Shown here one piece after another: positions 30,483 to 39,974 of a stretch of DNA of 64,000 nucleotides. Position numbers and translations under genes: made by a program. Numbering within the stretch: the first letter of the stretch is position 1; each line of letters opens with the position of its first letter. The stretch lies in the sequence record SRR20825006_999. One strand, given 5' to 3'. Under the pieces are notes generated by a model, which did not search any database, had not been told where the DNA came from, and worked only from the letters and a program-made list of their open reading frames with translations.

Positions 30483-32216
30483 TTAATAATTCAAATCGAG
30501 TGAAAGGTTACCAAAAAATTGAATGTCTTGAGGCTGGTTATATAAGCTTCTTGACGTAAACGAAACATTTCTTTGCAAGTGTTTCACAATTGCTCCCCAG
30601 TTTGAATATCTATTCTTAAATGCATCAGCAACAAAATAGGTGAATATACTATGTCTTTTCTGTACTCCGTTTGGAGTGGAATATATTAACGATGTTTGGT
30701 CTGTATCAGCAGAAAAAACAATCGCAGATTCTTTAATATTCGATGTAATCAAACTCGCTAAATCTTCTAAAGCATCGTTATTTTTAGTTTGATTGATAAA
30801 CTCAAGGTCTGCAATAACAGAAATCTTGGTTAGAGGTAATTGAGCAATACCATCAAATAATGAATTAAGACTAACTTCGTTTTGAGAGGAGGTGTCATTT
30901 ACTGTGCCAAGAAAAAATATTTCTTTTGAGGTCTCATCTACCCTAGCGTAACCTGACAGATAAACAACTAGCTCACTAGGACTATTATTGATTCCTGAAA
31001 CCAACCGATTGAAAGAGTTTCTGATAGGCTGAGAGCCATGCTGATCTTCAAAAGACAGGATATTGTCGGCAGGAACACCAAGAGTTTTATTAAAGTACTC
31101 GTTCATCAAACGAGCGTCTCTTTTGGCGTAGTTACGTTCGCTCAATATCCCTGTATATGAACCATTAGATATCATATAGGCCCATCTATTTTTTGATTCA
31201 GAGACTAGGCTCGGGAAATTCCGCTCAATATCAATACTTCCAAAAGGAACATTTGGGATAGCAACAACAGAAAGCTGATGTGAAAACTCTGAGGGTCGCC
31301 ATATAGTTACAACGTCACTTGCTGCTACCCAAGTTTCAGAAATTCCATATAATGCTTTAAACCAATCTCCTTGGCGTTCAACTAGTTTGAGTTGGCTTCC
31401 CTTAGCTAAATCTGTTAGAACGTTATTTCTATTAACTTCGGGTTTATTTCTTAATGCAGAAACATTTGAAGTAACTACAACAAACGATTCAAATATACTG
31501 CTTACTGGAATTGAATAATTATAGGTGCTATCCTGGAAATAGATATTTAAGTTGATATTGATATCTCTATTCTCAGGTAAAGATTCAGGTGCGATTTCCT
31601 CTGCAAGATTTATTTCAATTATATTATCTCTAAAAGACCGCTTTGTTTTAGGAATGATAACCTCATTGTTAAAAAGGATCTCATATTCTGGAATTGTAGC
31701 AAACTCAGAACTGGTGTCTAGAGTATCAACTTCTACTCTTTTTCCTGTTCTTCTTAAGAGTTTACTTTCACCTGTAGCAGTTGGCTCTCCAACTGGCTTC
31801 ATATTTAAAAAGGAAATACCAGTAAGCGCAGTACCAGCACCAATTAACGCTATTTTTTGGGTCTGATTCTGTTCATTTACTATATCATTAGAAAAAGCGG
31901 CATAACCAGCAATTCCAGCACTTGCAAGACCAAATAATACATAACCTAGCCTTGGTCTATAAGTTTGGATATATCGATCGGTTCTTATTCGTTCAGCAAA
32001 TTCTATCGTATTAGCTGTTTTTAGTTTAAATCTAACTAAAGGCTCTTCTGGCCTAATACGATCAATCCTGTTTAAGAATAACTTTGAATCTAGAAGCTTA
32101 AAATCATTTCTATCTATAGTCTCTTGACTTTCAACAACCCAGCGAGTGCTTGAACATCCTGTAAAAAGGAATAAAGTTGATAAGAAATAAGAAATAAATT
32201 TAAGCTTTAAGCCCAT
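30483..32216 (-). CDS. Lipoprotein with SH3b domain and degenerate caspase-like (C14) domain
   Basis: Lipobox LFTGC, SH3-like ALRNKP...GDWFK...TWV, and a C-terminal caspase-like pattern (MISNGSY, AKRDA, YLSGYA, IADL, HSIFTYF, QPQ). Confidence 0.6.
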   Translation of the reverse strand: MGLKLKFISYFLSTLFLFTGCSSTRWVVESQETIDRNDFKLLDSKLFLNRIDRIRPEEPLVRFKLKTANTIEFAERIRTDRYIQTYRPRLGYVLFGLASAGIAGYAAFSNDIVNEQNQTQKIALIGAGTALTGISFLNMKPVGEPTATGESKLLRRTGKRVEVDTLDTSSEFATIPEYEILFNNEVIIPKTKRSFRDNIIEINLAEEIAPESLPENRDININLNIYFQDSTYNYSIPVSSIFESFVVVTSNVSALRNKPEVNRNNVLTDLAKGSQLKLVERQGDWFKALYGISETWVAASDVVTIWRPSEFSHQLSVVAIPNVPFGSIDIERNFPSLVSESKNRWAYMISNGSYTGILSERNYAKRDARLMNEYFNKTLGVPADNILSFEDQHGSQPIRNSFNRLVSGINNSPSELVVYLSGYARVDETSKEIFFLGTVNDTSSQNEVSLNSLFDGIAQLPLTKISVIADLEFINQTKNNDALEDLASLITSNIKESAIVFSADTDQTSLIYSTPNGVQKRHSIFTYFVADAFKNRYSNWGAIVKHLQRNVSFTSRSLYNQPQDIQFFGNLSLDLNY

Positions 32217-33424
32217 GGCGTTTGTTTGGAAGCCAATGCAATTTTGGCTGCATCGATAGCAATTACAAGTTCTTCATTTGTAGGGATAACTCTAACATCA
32301 ACTTTAGAGTGTTTACTGCTAATTTTTAAATCCTCAGGAATATTTAAGTTTGCTTCAGAATCAAGTTCGATACCAAGTCCTTCCATTTCAGCAAGAATAT
32401 TGGCTCTAATTTGATGTGCATTTTCTCCGATTCCACCGGTAAAAATAATCGCATCTACCCCATTTAACGAGGCAATGTAAGAACCTATATACTTCTTAGC
32501 TCTATAACAAAACACGTCAATAGCTTCGTTGCATCGCCGATCCCCTTTTTCTGCTTCTTCCAAAAGGTCTCTCATATCAGCAGCGTATCCACTTAATCCA
32601 AGCAGCCCACTATGTTTATTCAGTAAAGCATGTACATTTGCAAGTGAGAGTTCCTCTTTTTCAATTAAATAAAAGAGAATTGATGGATCAATATCGCCTG
32701 ATCGCGTTCCCATAACTAAGCCTTCTAAGGGAGTAAATCCCATACTTGTATCGTAAGATTTGCCATCTTTAATTGCAGTTATAGACCCTCCATTTCCAAG
32801 GTGGCAGGTTATAATTCTAGAACCTTCTTTCTCACATCCTGAGATTTTGAAATACTGGCGACTTACATAATAATGGGATGTGCCATGAAAACCATATCTT
32901 CTTATTTTATATCGACGATAAAGTCTGTTTGGTATTCCATATAGATATGCATGTTGTGGTAAAGAATGATGGAATGCAGTATCAAAAACAGCTACATGAG
33001 GAACATTAGGTAGGTGTTTTTTTGCTGCTTTAATACCTTGTAAGTTTGGAGGATTATGTAAAGGTGCAATATCAAAAGCTTGTTCTATAGCGTCCTCTAC
33101 GTCCTCATCAATGAGTACAGAGTCTTTAAATGTTTCGCCGCCATGAACTACACGATGACCCACTGCTTCTATCTCAGAGAGATTGTGAAGATGGTCGTTG
33201 TCAGCTTCTAAAAGCAAATCCATAATTGTTTTTAAAGCTACTGTATGATTTTCTAACACCAACGACTTTTTAACTTCTTTCTCACCCTTCCATTCTTGCC
33301 GAATAATAGAAGCGACAGCGCCAATCCTCTCAATTAAACCTTTGCAAAGGCATTCTTGCAATTCAGTGTTAATTAGTTGGTATTTTATAGATGAGCTACC
33401 ACAGTTAAGAACTAAAATCTTCAT
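32207..33424 (-). CDS. ackA: Acetate kinase
   Basis: NCGSSSIKY, GHRVVHGG, APLHNP, RRYGFHGTSH, TPLEGL and PTNEE. Confidence 0.98.
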   Translation of the reverse strand: MKILVLNCGSSSIKYQLINTELQECLCKGLIERIGAVASIIRQEWKGEKEVKKSLVLENHTVALKTIMDLLLEADNDHLHNLSEIEAVGHRVVHGGETFKDSVLIDEDVEDAIEQAFDIAPLHNPPNLQGIKAAKKHLPNVPHVAVFDTAFHHSLPQHAYLYGIPNRLYRRYKIRRYGFHGTSHYYVSRQYFKISGCEKEGSRIITCHLGNGGSITAIKDGKSYDTSMGFTPLEGLVMGTRSGDIDPSILFYLIEKEELSLANVHALLNKHSGLLGLSGYAADMRDLLEEAEKGDRRCNEAIDVFCYRAKKYIGSYIASLNGVDAIIFTGGIGENAHQIRANILAEMEGLGIELDSEANLNIPEDLKISSKHSKVDVRVIPTNEELVIAIDAAKIALASKQTPWA

Positions 33425-33433
33425 ATAATTATC

Positions 33434-34678
33434 CTAAAAAGAGAATATTGCCCCAATTCCTATAACTTGACGATAAGAAAAATTCCTTGAATTTGTATCA
33501 GGTTTTGATATCCAGAAAGGTACGTCGTATCTAATAAAAATTCCTCGATCTTTTCCTAAATAATCTGGAATATTAATAGAAAATTGGCTCCCAATTCCAG
33601 CATCAAAAAGTGCAAGTATATCTTTCAGAGGATCTATAGTACCACTTGGTAATTTCTTTGTTCCTTTCCCAAAATCAAAAAAGCCATAGGTTCTAAATTC
33701 AACCAACTCACCAATTATTGAGATATTTTTAATTACTGAATTTATAGGATTTGGAAACTCAAATTCAGTATTTATTGCCCATGCGGTGTTGTAAGTTGGG
33801 CTTAGTCCTGCTTTTAATAGCTTAGCATCTTGTTCTAAATATCCACGAAGGTTGCCTCCGCCAGCAAATTGAATCAAGCCAGATTCTAACCAGTTGCTTG
33901 GAATGGTTCCTTTAGCTCGTGAAACTCCATTATTAAGCCAACCATTGGGTTGTCTAAAACTGAGGCCAAAAAGATGTTCTGTCGCAGTATTCTCAGTTGC
34001 GTGGCCAACAAAGCCTCTAAAACGTAATGCAGAACTTGAGCCTAATTTAATCTTCTGGAATACTTCTACTTTAAATACTGTGAATGCAGATGAGTTTGAA
34101 TTCACATTCTGTATCAGTTCAGAGTTAATAAAAAACTGTCCCAATCCATTAATGCTAGAATTTATAAACCCAAGCTCAATTAACGACTTCCATTCCTTTT
34201 GCCAGAGTTGAGGAAATGGACGGTATTCGATATCGGTTAATTTTTCTTGCGATATCGAAGCTCTTAATTCAGAATATCGTAGTTCTTCAAACCCCAATTG
34301 CCAACGCTTGTTAAAACCAATTTTTTGTTGGGTAAAACCAGTCCTATATGATGATATCAACTGAATACTTCCTTCATTACCATAAGAAGTGATGGAAGGA
34401 ATTGTTTCTATAAAAGAGATGTAGTATGAAACAGGTGTCTTTGGTAACCAAGTATGTACCCAAAAACCAGCGTCTAAACGATGAGGCCCATCTTTAAAGG
34501 AGTCTTCCATTTCTCCCAATACTCTAACGCCAAGTCTAATTCCGTCTACATCGTTATACCAAATGTCTGGCGCTGGTGTAAACCGATATTTTGCTTCTTC
34601 CTGAGCTTTTAATTCGCTCAACGAAGAAATGATAATGAGTAAAAAAAAGGTGGCTACTATTCTGACTCGATAATCCAC
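33434..34678 (-). CDS. Outer-membrane beta-barrel protein, Omp85-like, no POTRA
   Basis: Signal peptide, WYNDVDGIRLG, GGGNLRGY, FFDFG, DAGIG, RYDVPFW and C-terminal Phe. Confidence 0.6.
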   Translation of the reverse strand: MDYRVRIVATFFLLIIISSLSELKAQEEAKYRFTPAPDIWYNDVDGIRLGVRVLGEMEDSFKDGPHRLDAGFWVHTWLPKTPVSYYISFIETIPSITSYGNEGSIQLISSYRTGFTQQKIGFNKRWQLGFEELRYSELRASISQEKLTDIEYRPFPQLWQKEWKSLIELGFINSSINGLGQFFINSELIQNVNSNSSAFTVFKVEVFQKIKLGSSSALRFRGFVGHATENTATEHLFGLSFRQPNGWLNNGVSRAKGTIPSNWLESGLIQFAGGGNLRGYLEQDAKLLKAGLSPTYNTAWAINTEFEFPNPINSVIKNISIIGELVEFRTYGFFDFGKGTKKLPSGTIDPLKDILALFDAGIGSQFSINIPDYLGKDRGIFIRYDVPFWISKPDTNSRNFSYRQVIGIGAIFSF

Positions 34679-35118
34679 TCAGGTAGGATTTGATTATTAA
34701 CAATTATATCAGTTGCAGTTCTAATAAGACGTTTTTGTTCCGGCCATGCTAAAAATTCGTCAAGTTGACCTATTGAAACCCAGGTGAAATGAGTGTGTTC
34801 TGCGTCCAATTCCGGTTCATCATTTAAACTAACTTCAGCTGCAAATGCTGGTATCTGATGGATTTGATCCGTTTTAGCTTCATAAAACGTATTAACTGAC
34901 GGTATAACCCAAAAAGAAACGGGATTAAATCCCGTTTCTTCTTTCAACTCTCTTTGCGCAGCTTCCCAATAAGCCTCTCCTTCCTCTACTTTACCACCAA
35001 CCATGCGCCATTGATTAGCGTAAATTTTATTGGTAGCTCGTTTTAAAAGCAGAAACTCAGGGACCGTTGCTTTGATTCTATAGATATATACATCAATAAG
35101 CTTTTTCATAAAAGCCAA
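34657..35118 (-). CDS. NUDIX hydrolase (NudB/dihydroneopterin triphosphate pyrophosphatase-like)
   Basis: GGKVEEGE...AAQRELKEETG Nudix box and EHT.F.W. Confidence 0.88.
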   Translation of the reverse strand: MAFMKKLIDVYIYRIKATVPEFLLLKRATNKIYANQWRMVGGKVEEGEAYWEAAQRELKEETGFNPVSFWVIPSVNTFYEAKTDQIHQIPAFAAEVSLNDEPELDAEHTHFTWVSIGQLDEFLAWPEQKRLIRTATDIIVNNQILPEWIIESE

Positions 35119-35129
35119 ACTTGGGTTGA

Positions 35130-35603
35130 TTAGATTTCTATTTTCTTAATTTCTAATTTAATAATACCAGCTGGTACTGTTACTTCCACAACATCACCAA
35201 CTTTCTTACCTACCAAGCCTTGGCCAATAGGTGAATCTATAGAAATTTTACCTTTTGCAAAGTCAGCTTCATTTGGAGATACTAACATATACTGTACCTC
35301 TTTATTTACTTTCATATTCAGTATAGTAACTTTTGTTAATACACGAACTTGTGAAAGATCTAAATCTTTTGCATCAAGAACACGAGAGTTGGCAAGAATA
35401 TCTTCTAATCTTGTAATTCTATCCTCCATATGACCTTGAGCCTCTTTGGCAGCGTCATATTCAGCGTTCTCACTTAAATCACCTTTTGCTCTAGCTTCGG
35501 CGATATCTGCAGCTACATCTTTGCGACCTCGAGTTTTTAAATCTTTCAACTCGGCATCAAGCTTGTCATAGCCCTCTTGGGATAAATAATGGATTTTACT
35601 CAT
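35130..35603 (-). CDS. greA: Transcription elongation factor GreA
   Basis: GDLSENAEYDAAK and ISIDSPIG. Confidence 0.97.
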   Translation of the reverse strand: MSKIHYLSQEGYDKLDAELKDLKTRGRKDVAADIAEARAKGDLSENAEYDAAKEAQGHMEDRITRLEDILANSRVLDAKDLDLSQVRVLTKVTILNMKVNKEVQYMLVSPNEADFAKGKISIDSPIGQGLVGKKVGDVVEVTVPAGIIKLEIKKIEI

Positions 35604-35628
35604 TCTATTCTTATTTATTCAATTTCCT

Positions 35629-35673
35629 AAAAATAAAAAGAAGAGCATATCGCTAGACAGCCCTTCTTTTTTT
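35629..35673 (-). terminator. Terminator-like hairpin in the greA 5' leader
   Basis: Minus strand AAAAAGAAGGGC-TGTCTAGCGATAT-GCTCTTCTTTTT-ATTTTT, about 30 nt before the greA ATG. Confidence 0.7.
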
Positions 35674-35964
35674 GTTTCTAATAACAACTTACAACATAAG
35701 ATTAAGTAAACTGTTTGTCTAATTAAACCTTAAAAATTTATTTTTAAAGAGCCATTAATTGCTTAAAAGTGGTTTGGTTACGTTAGCGCTAATAAATTCA
35801 GATATTCTTTGGGATGAAACAAAGCCTCACCCCTTCAGAATAAGACGCTATTCAAACTGTATCATGTCAGAATCGTCACCTTCATCAGCTTATTATAAAG
35901 ATGAGGCCCAATATCACTTCTTACAGTATAATCAATAATAGCCTTAATACTATTAACTTTAGGA

Positions 35965-37209
35965 TTAGTCTGATTTGTGAGATTTCAAACTAGGTGAAGT
36001 TACGTTTTTGAGAGCTCTTGATGCTAAAATCAGTGCAGCTAAAATTAACATAGCACCTGTAAAGAAAGACACCCCAGGAAAAGAGATTGGGGCGTTTGCT
36101 GATGTAAAATAACCGAAGAGATTAGCCATAATTGGTGGACCAAAAATAGAAGTAAAACTAATCAAGCTTGTAAGTGCACCCTGCAGCTCTCCTTGTTGAT
36201 TTGAAGGTACTTTGTTTGAAATCAGTCCCTGCAATGCCGGCCCTGCAAAACCACCTAAAGAATACGGTACAATTACGATGAGCATAATTAACCCCGTTGG
36301 TGAGAACGCGAACCCTAAGAAACCTAGAAAGTAAGCAGTTAAACCAACATAGATTGATTTTACTTCTCCGATTTTTGGGATAACTATTCGTGTTAAACCA
36401 CCTTGCACAATGGCAATAAAAAACCCAACTACACCCAAGGAGATGCCAACCATACGAGTATCCCAAGAAAACTTCTCCATCGTATAATAGGTCCAAGTAG
36501 TTTGAGTTGCATGGTTTGCTAGGTATAAAAGGAAAAAGATACCTACTAAACCCAGAATGCTGGGAAATTTTTTAATCTGTTTAAGCGAACCTAATGGATT
36601 AGCTCTTTTCCATTCAAATTCACGTCTATTTTCTTTTGGTAAAGATTCTGGAAGTACAAAATATCCATACAGAAAGTTTATTGCTGTAAGCCCTGCTGCT
36701 GCAAAAAATGGAACCCTAGAGCCGTAATGACCAAGTAAGCCACCCAAAACGGGCCCAATTATAAAGCCTAAACCAAAAGCAGCGCCAATAAGCCCAAAAT
36801 TTTGCGCTCTTTTCTCGGGTTCACTGATATCAGCGATATACGCACTTGCCGTGGTAAAGCTAGCTCCCGTTATCCCTGCAACAATCCGAGCTCCAAAAAG
36901 CCACACAATAGTGGGCGCAAAACCAAGAATTATATAATCAATTGTAAAGCCCAACATTGAAAGTAGTAGGACTGGGCGGCGACCAAAACGGTCACTAAGG
37001 CCACCAATTACTGGAGAGAATAGAAATTGTATAAATGCATACGAAAACATCAACCATCCACCGTAAAGAGCCGCAGAGCTAATTCCTTCGCCAGTGAGTT
37101 CCATAATGAGGTCGGGAATAACAGGTATTATAATACCTAGCCCGATAACATCGATTAGTACAGTAATAAAAATAAAAGCAAGAGCTGCTTTACGGGGTTT
37201 TCTAGCCAT
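35965..37209 (-). CDS. TCR/Tet family (DHA1) MFS transporter
   Basis: [24 protein letters not shown] motif [11 protein letters not shown] motif C, PESL and QGELQG. Confidence 0.92.
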   Translation of the reverse strand: MARKPRKAALAFIFITVLIDVIGLGIIIPVIPDLIMELTGEGISSAALYGGWLMFSYAFIQFLFSPVIGGLSDRFGRRPVLLLSMLGFTIDYIILGFAPTIVWLFGARIVAGITGASFTTASAYIADISEPEKRAQNFGLIGAAFGLGFIIGPVLGGLLGHYGSRVPFFAAAGLTAINFLYGYFVLPESLPKENRREFEWKRANPLGSLKQIKKFPSILGLVGIFFLLYLANHATQTTWTYYTMEKFSWDTRMVGISLGVVGFFIAIVQGGLTRIVIPKIGEVKSIYVGLTAYFLGFLGFAFSPTGLIMLIVIVPYSLGGFAGPALQGLISNKVPSNQQGELQGALTSLISFTSIFGPPIMANLFGYFTSANAPISFPGVSFFTGAMLILAALILASRALKNVTSPSLKSHKSD

Positions 37210-37306
37210 CTTTAAAAATATTGCCAATGATACCGTTAATCTGTGAATGAATGAAGCTAAAATTCACAAATTGATGAATGATTCACTATTTTCGAGTAAC
37301 TAAATA

Positions 37307-37846
37307 ATGATAGGTTTGATTAAGAAACTCACTACACAGCAAATTCTCGAAGAGAATCTAGCCCAGAAAGCACCAGGTAAACTAAGTTCTGCCAAAGTAG
37401 TTCTACATAATATAAGAAGCTTACACAACGTGGGCTCTGTATTCCGGTCTTCAGATGCTTTTGGAATCTCAGAAATTTTAATTTCTGGTTACACTCCCAC
37501 ACCTCCACGACCTGAAATAACCAAAACAGCTATTGGAGCAGAGGAATTTGTGAAATGGACTTATTGGGATAACACCTCTAAGTTAATTTCTACACTAAAG
37601 AAAGATGGCTACACCATTATCGGCTTGGAGCAAACCGACAATAGTGTTCCTTTAACAAAACTAGATTTAAAGTCTTATGATAAAATTTGTTTAGTTATGG
37701 GGAATGAGGTCACTGGCATCGATGAGGATTTTCTACCACATGTAGATTGTTTTGTAAATATCCCACAGTTCGGAAAAAAACATTCGCTTAATGTTTCAGT
37801 AGCTGCCGCAGTAACTTTATATGCCATGTTAGAAAAGCTTTCTTAG
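37307..37846 (+). CDS. TrmH/SpoU family RNA methyltransferase
   Basis: NIRSLHNVGSVFR, MGNEVTG and IPQFGKKHSLNVSVA. Confidence 0.92.
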   Translation: MIGLIKKLTTQQILEENLAQKAPGKLSSAKVVLHNIRSLHNVGSVFRSSDAFGISEILISGYTPTPPRPEITKTAIGAEEFVKWTYWDNTSKLISTLKKDGYTIIGLEQTDNSVPLTKLDLKSYDKICLVMGNEVTGIDEDFLPHVDCFVNIPQFGKKHSLNVSVAAAVTLYAMLEKLS

Positions 37847-37939
37847 ATTATTATTATACAAAAATATCTAAAATCCATCTGTACAATTCAGTAATTCATT
37901 CTTTATCTTCGTTGATTGTAAACCGTATTGATCTAATTT

Positions 37940-39973
37940 ATGCCTAATCAAAAACGAATTTTAGTTACTTCTGCCCTCCCGTATGCAAATGGACCTCTCC
38001 ATTTAGGTCACCTTGCTGGAGCTTATTTAACCGCTGATTTTTATGTACGCTATAAGCGCCTCACTGGTGCTGATATAGCTTTTATTTGTGGGTCAGATGA
38101 ACACGGTGTTCCTATTACTATTGCCGCCGAAAAGGAAGGCGTTTCACCTCAAGATATTGTAGATCGATATCACGAAGGCAATAAAAAGGTATTTGATCAA
38201 TTTGGTATTTCCTTCGATTATTATGGAAGAACTAGTTCTAAAGTTCACCGTGAAACATCCCAAGAGTTTTTTACCAATTTGTATGAGAAAGGATTCTTTA
38301 AAAAGAAAACCGAAAAACAATTGTATGATGCAAAATCAGATATGTTTTTGCCAGATCGATATGTTAAAGGGACATGTCCTAACTGTGGGTTTGAAGAAGC
38401 TTATGGCGACCAATGCGAGAGTTGTGGAACCTCTCTCTCTCCTACAGAGCTCATTAATCCATTAAGTGCTTTATCTGGTGAAAAGCCTGAATTAAAAGAA
38501 ACAGAACACTGGTACATGCCATTAGGAGATGCTCAACCAAAGCTTGAGAAATGGCTTGAAACCCGTGAAAATTGGAAGCCCAATGTAATGGGACAGGTTA
38601 AGAGTTGGTTGAATGATGGATTGGCTGATAGAGCTGCTACTCGTGATTTAAGCTGGGGCGTACCTGTTCCGTTAGCCGAAGCGGAGGGAAAAGTACTTTA
38701 TGTTTGGTTCGATGCTCCTATCGGTTACATTTCTGCCACTAAAGAATGGTCGTTACAAAATGGAACTCCAGAAAGTTGGAAAGATTATTGGCAAAATGAA
38801 AATACAGAACTTTACCATTTTATTGGTAAAGACAATATAGTTTTCCATTGTATTATGTTTCCCATTATGCTTATGGAACATGGAGACTATGTTCTCCCAA
38901 AAAATGTTCCTGCAAATGAATTCCTAAACTTAGAAGGTAGAAAACTCTCCACATCAAGAGGTTGGGCGGTTTGGCTATATGAGTATTTAGAAGATTTTAA
39001 GCCTGATTTACTTCGATATGCCCTAGGTGCCACGCTTCCAGAAAGTAAAGATTCTGATTTTTCTTGGAAGGATTTCCAAGCCCGCGTTAACAATGAACTA
39101 GCAGCTATTCTTGGGAATTTTGTATTTAGGACTCTCTCCTTCACTTCAAAATTTGCTAACTCTGTGGTTCCTGAGTTAGTTAATCCAACACAGATTGATT
39201 TAGATGCTTTAGAGTCCATTAATGTTCAAAAGCTGAAAGTCACGGAAGCTTATGAGTCGTTCAAATTTAAAGAAGCTTTACAAGAGAGCATTAATTTAGC
39301 CAGAGCAGGTAACAAGTACTTTACTGAAACTGAGCCATGGAAAACAAGAAATAACCAGCCTCAAGCTTGCGCAAACTCATTATATGTAAGTTTACAAATA
39401 TGTTCAGCTCTGTCAATATTGATGGAACCTATTTTGCCAGAAGCAATGCGAAACCTTCGTATCCAACTTGGTTATTCTGGTGCTATTAATTGGGATGCTG
39501 TAAATAACAACATGTTGCCTCAAGGAACTACTATCAACCCTGGTGAAGTACTCTTTACAAAAGTTGAGGATGAGGAAATTGATGCTCAAATAAAAAGACT
39601 TGAAGAAAGAGCAGGAGCAAATTCTCCAAAGTTGAATGTGCCCCCTCTCAAAGAGAATATCGGCTTTGATGATTTTATGAAGCTTGATATACGAGCAGGA
39701 GAAATTCTAGCGGTGGAGAAGGTTGAAAAATCTAGCAAGCTTTTAAAACTTCAAGTAAATTTAGGTTTTGAAAAAAGAACCATTGTCTCTGGAATTGCAA
39801 AACATGTTGATGTAGCTAAGCTTAAAGGACAGAAAGTTTGCGTTGTAGCGAATTTAGCGCCTAAAAAATTAATGGGTATTGAAAGCCAAGGAATGATTCT
39901 TATGGCTGAAGACAGTGAAGGCAACCTTATGTTTACCGAAACTGAAGCAGAACCAGGCAGCTCTATAACTTAA
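37940..39973 (+). CDS. metG: Methionine--tRNA ligase
   Basis: ALPYANGPLHLGH, Zn knuckle CPNC/CESC, YVWFDA, KLSTS and a C-terminal tRNA-binding domain. Confidence 0.98.
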   Translation: MPNQKRILVTSALPYANGPLHLGHLAGAYLTADFYVRYKRLTGADIAFICGSDEHGVPITIAAEKEGVSPQDIVDRYHEGNKKVFDQFGISFDYYGRTSSKVHRETSQEFFTNLYEKGFFKKKTEKQLYDAKSDMFLPDRYVKGTCPNCGFEEAYGDQCESCGTSLSPTELINPLSALSGEKPELKETEHWYMPLGDAQPKLEKWLETRENWKPNVMGQVKSWLNDGLADRAATRDLSWGVPVPLAEAEGKVLYVWFDAPIGYISATKEWSLQNGTPESWKDYWQNENTELYHFIGKDNIVFHCIMFPIMLMEHGDYVLPKNVPANEFLNLEGRKLSTSRGWAVWLYEYLEDFKPDLLRYALGATLPESKDSDFSWKDFQARVNNELAAILGNFVFRTLSFTSKFANSVVPELVNPTQIDLDALESINVQKLKVTEAYESFKFKEALQESINLARAGNKYFTETEPWKTRNNQPQACANSLYVSLQICSALSILMEPILPEAMRNLRIQLGYSGAINWDAVNNNMLPQGTTINPGEVLFTKVEDEEIDAQIKRLEERAGANSPKLNVPPLKENIGFDDFMKLDIRAGEILAVEKVEKSSKLLKLQVNLGFEKRTIVSGIAKHVDVAKLKGQKVCVVANLAPKKLMGIESQGMILMAEDSEGNLMFTETEAEPGSSIT

Positions 39974-39974
39974 T

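Noticed and set aside
35824-35907. Hammerhead ribozyme suggested by a minus-strand CTGATGA flanked by an AATAAG/CTTATT stem
   Set aside because: No GAAA core (it reads GAAT), no stem III, and no correctly placed NUH cleavage triplet.
35965-37209. Acquired tetracycline resistance gene
   Set aside because: TetA-like motifs are shared across DHA1 transporters. There is no tetR, integrase or IS nearby, and the context is chromosomal housekeeping.
37242-37269. TGTGAAT...ATTCACA inverted repeat between the divergent MFS and TrmH genes
   Set aside because: Short, AT-rich and single-copy with no adjacent regulator; cannot be distinguished from chance.
37910-37930. SAM-II riboswitch-like words (CGTTGATT...AACCGTATTG) upstream of metG
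   Set aside because: The downstream GCAAGCGCG and ATAAATGTAGCTAAA elements are absent, and only about 10 nt remain before the ATG.
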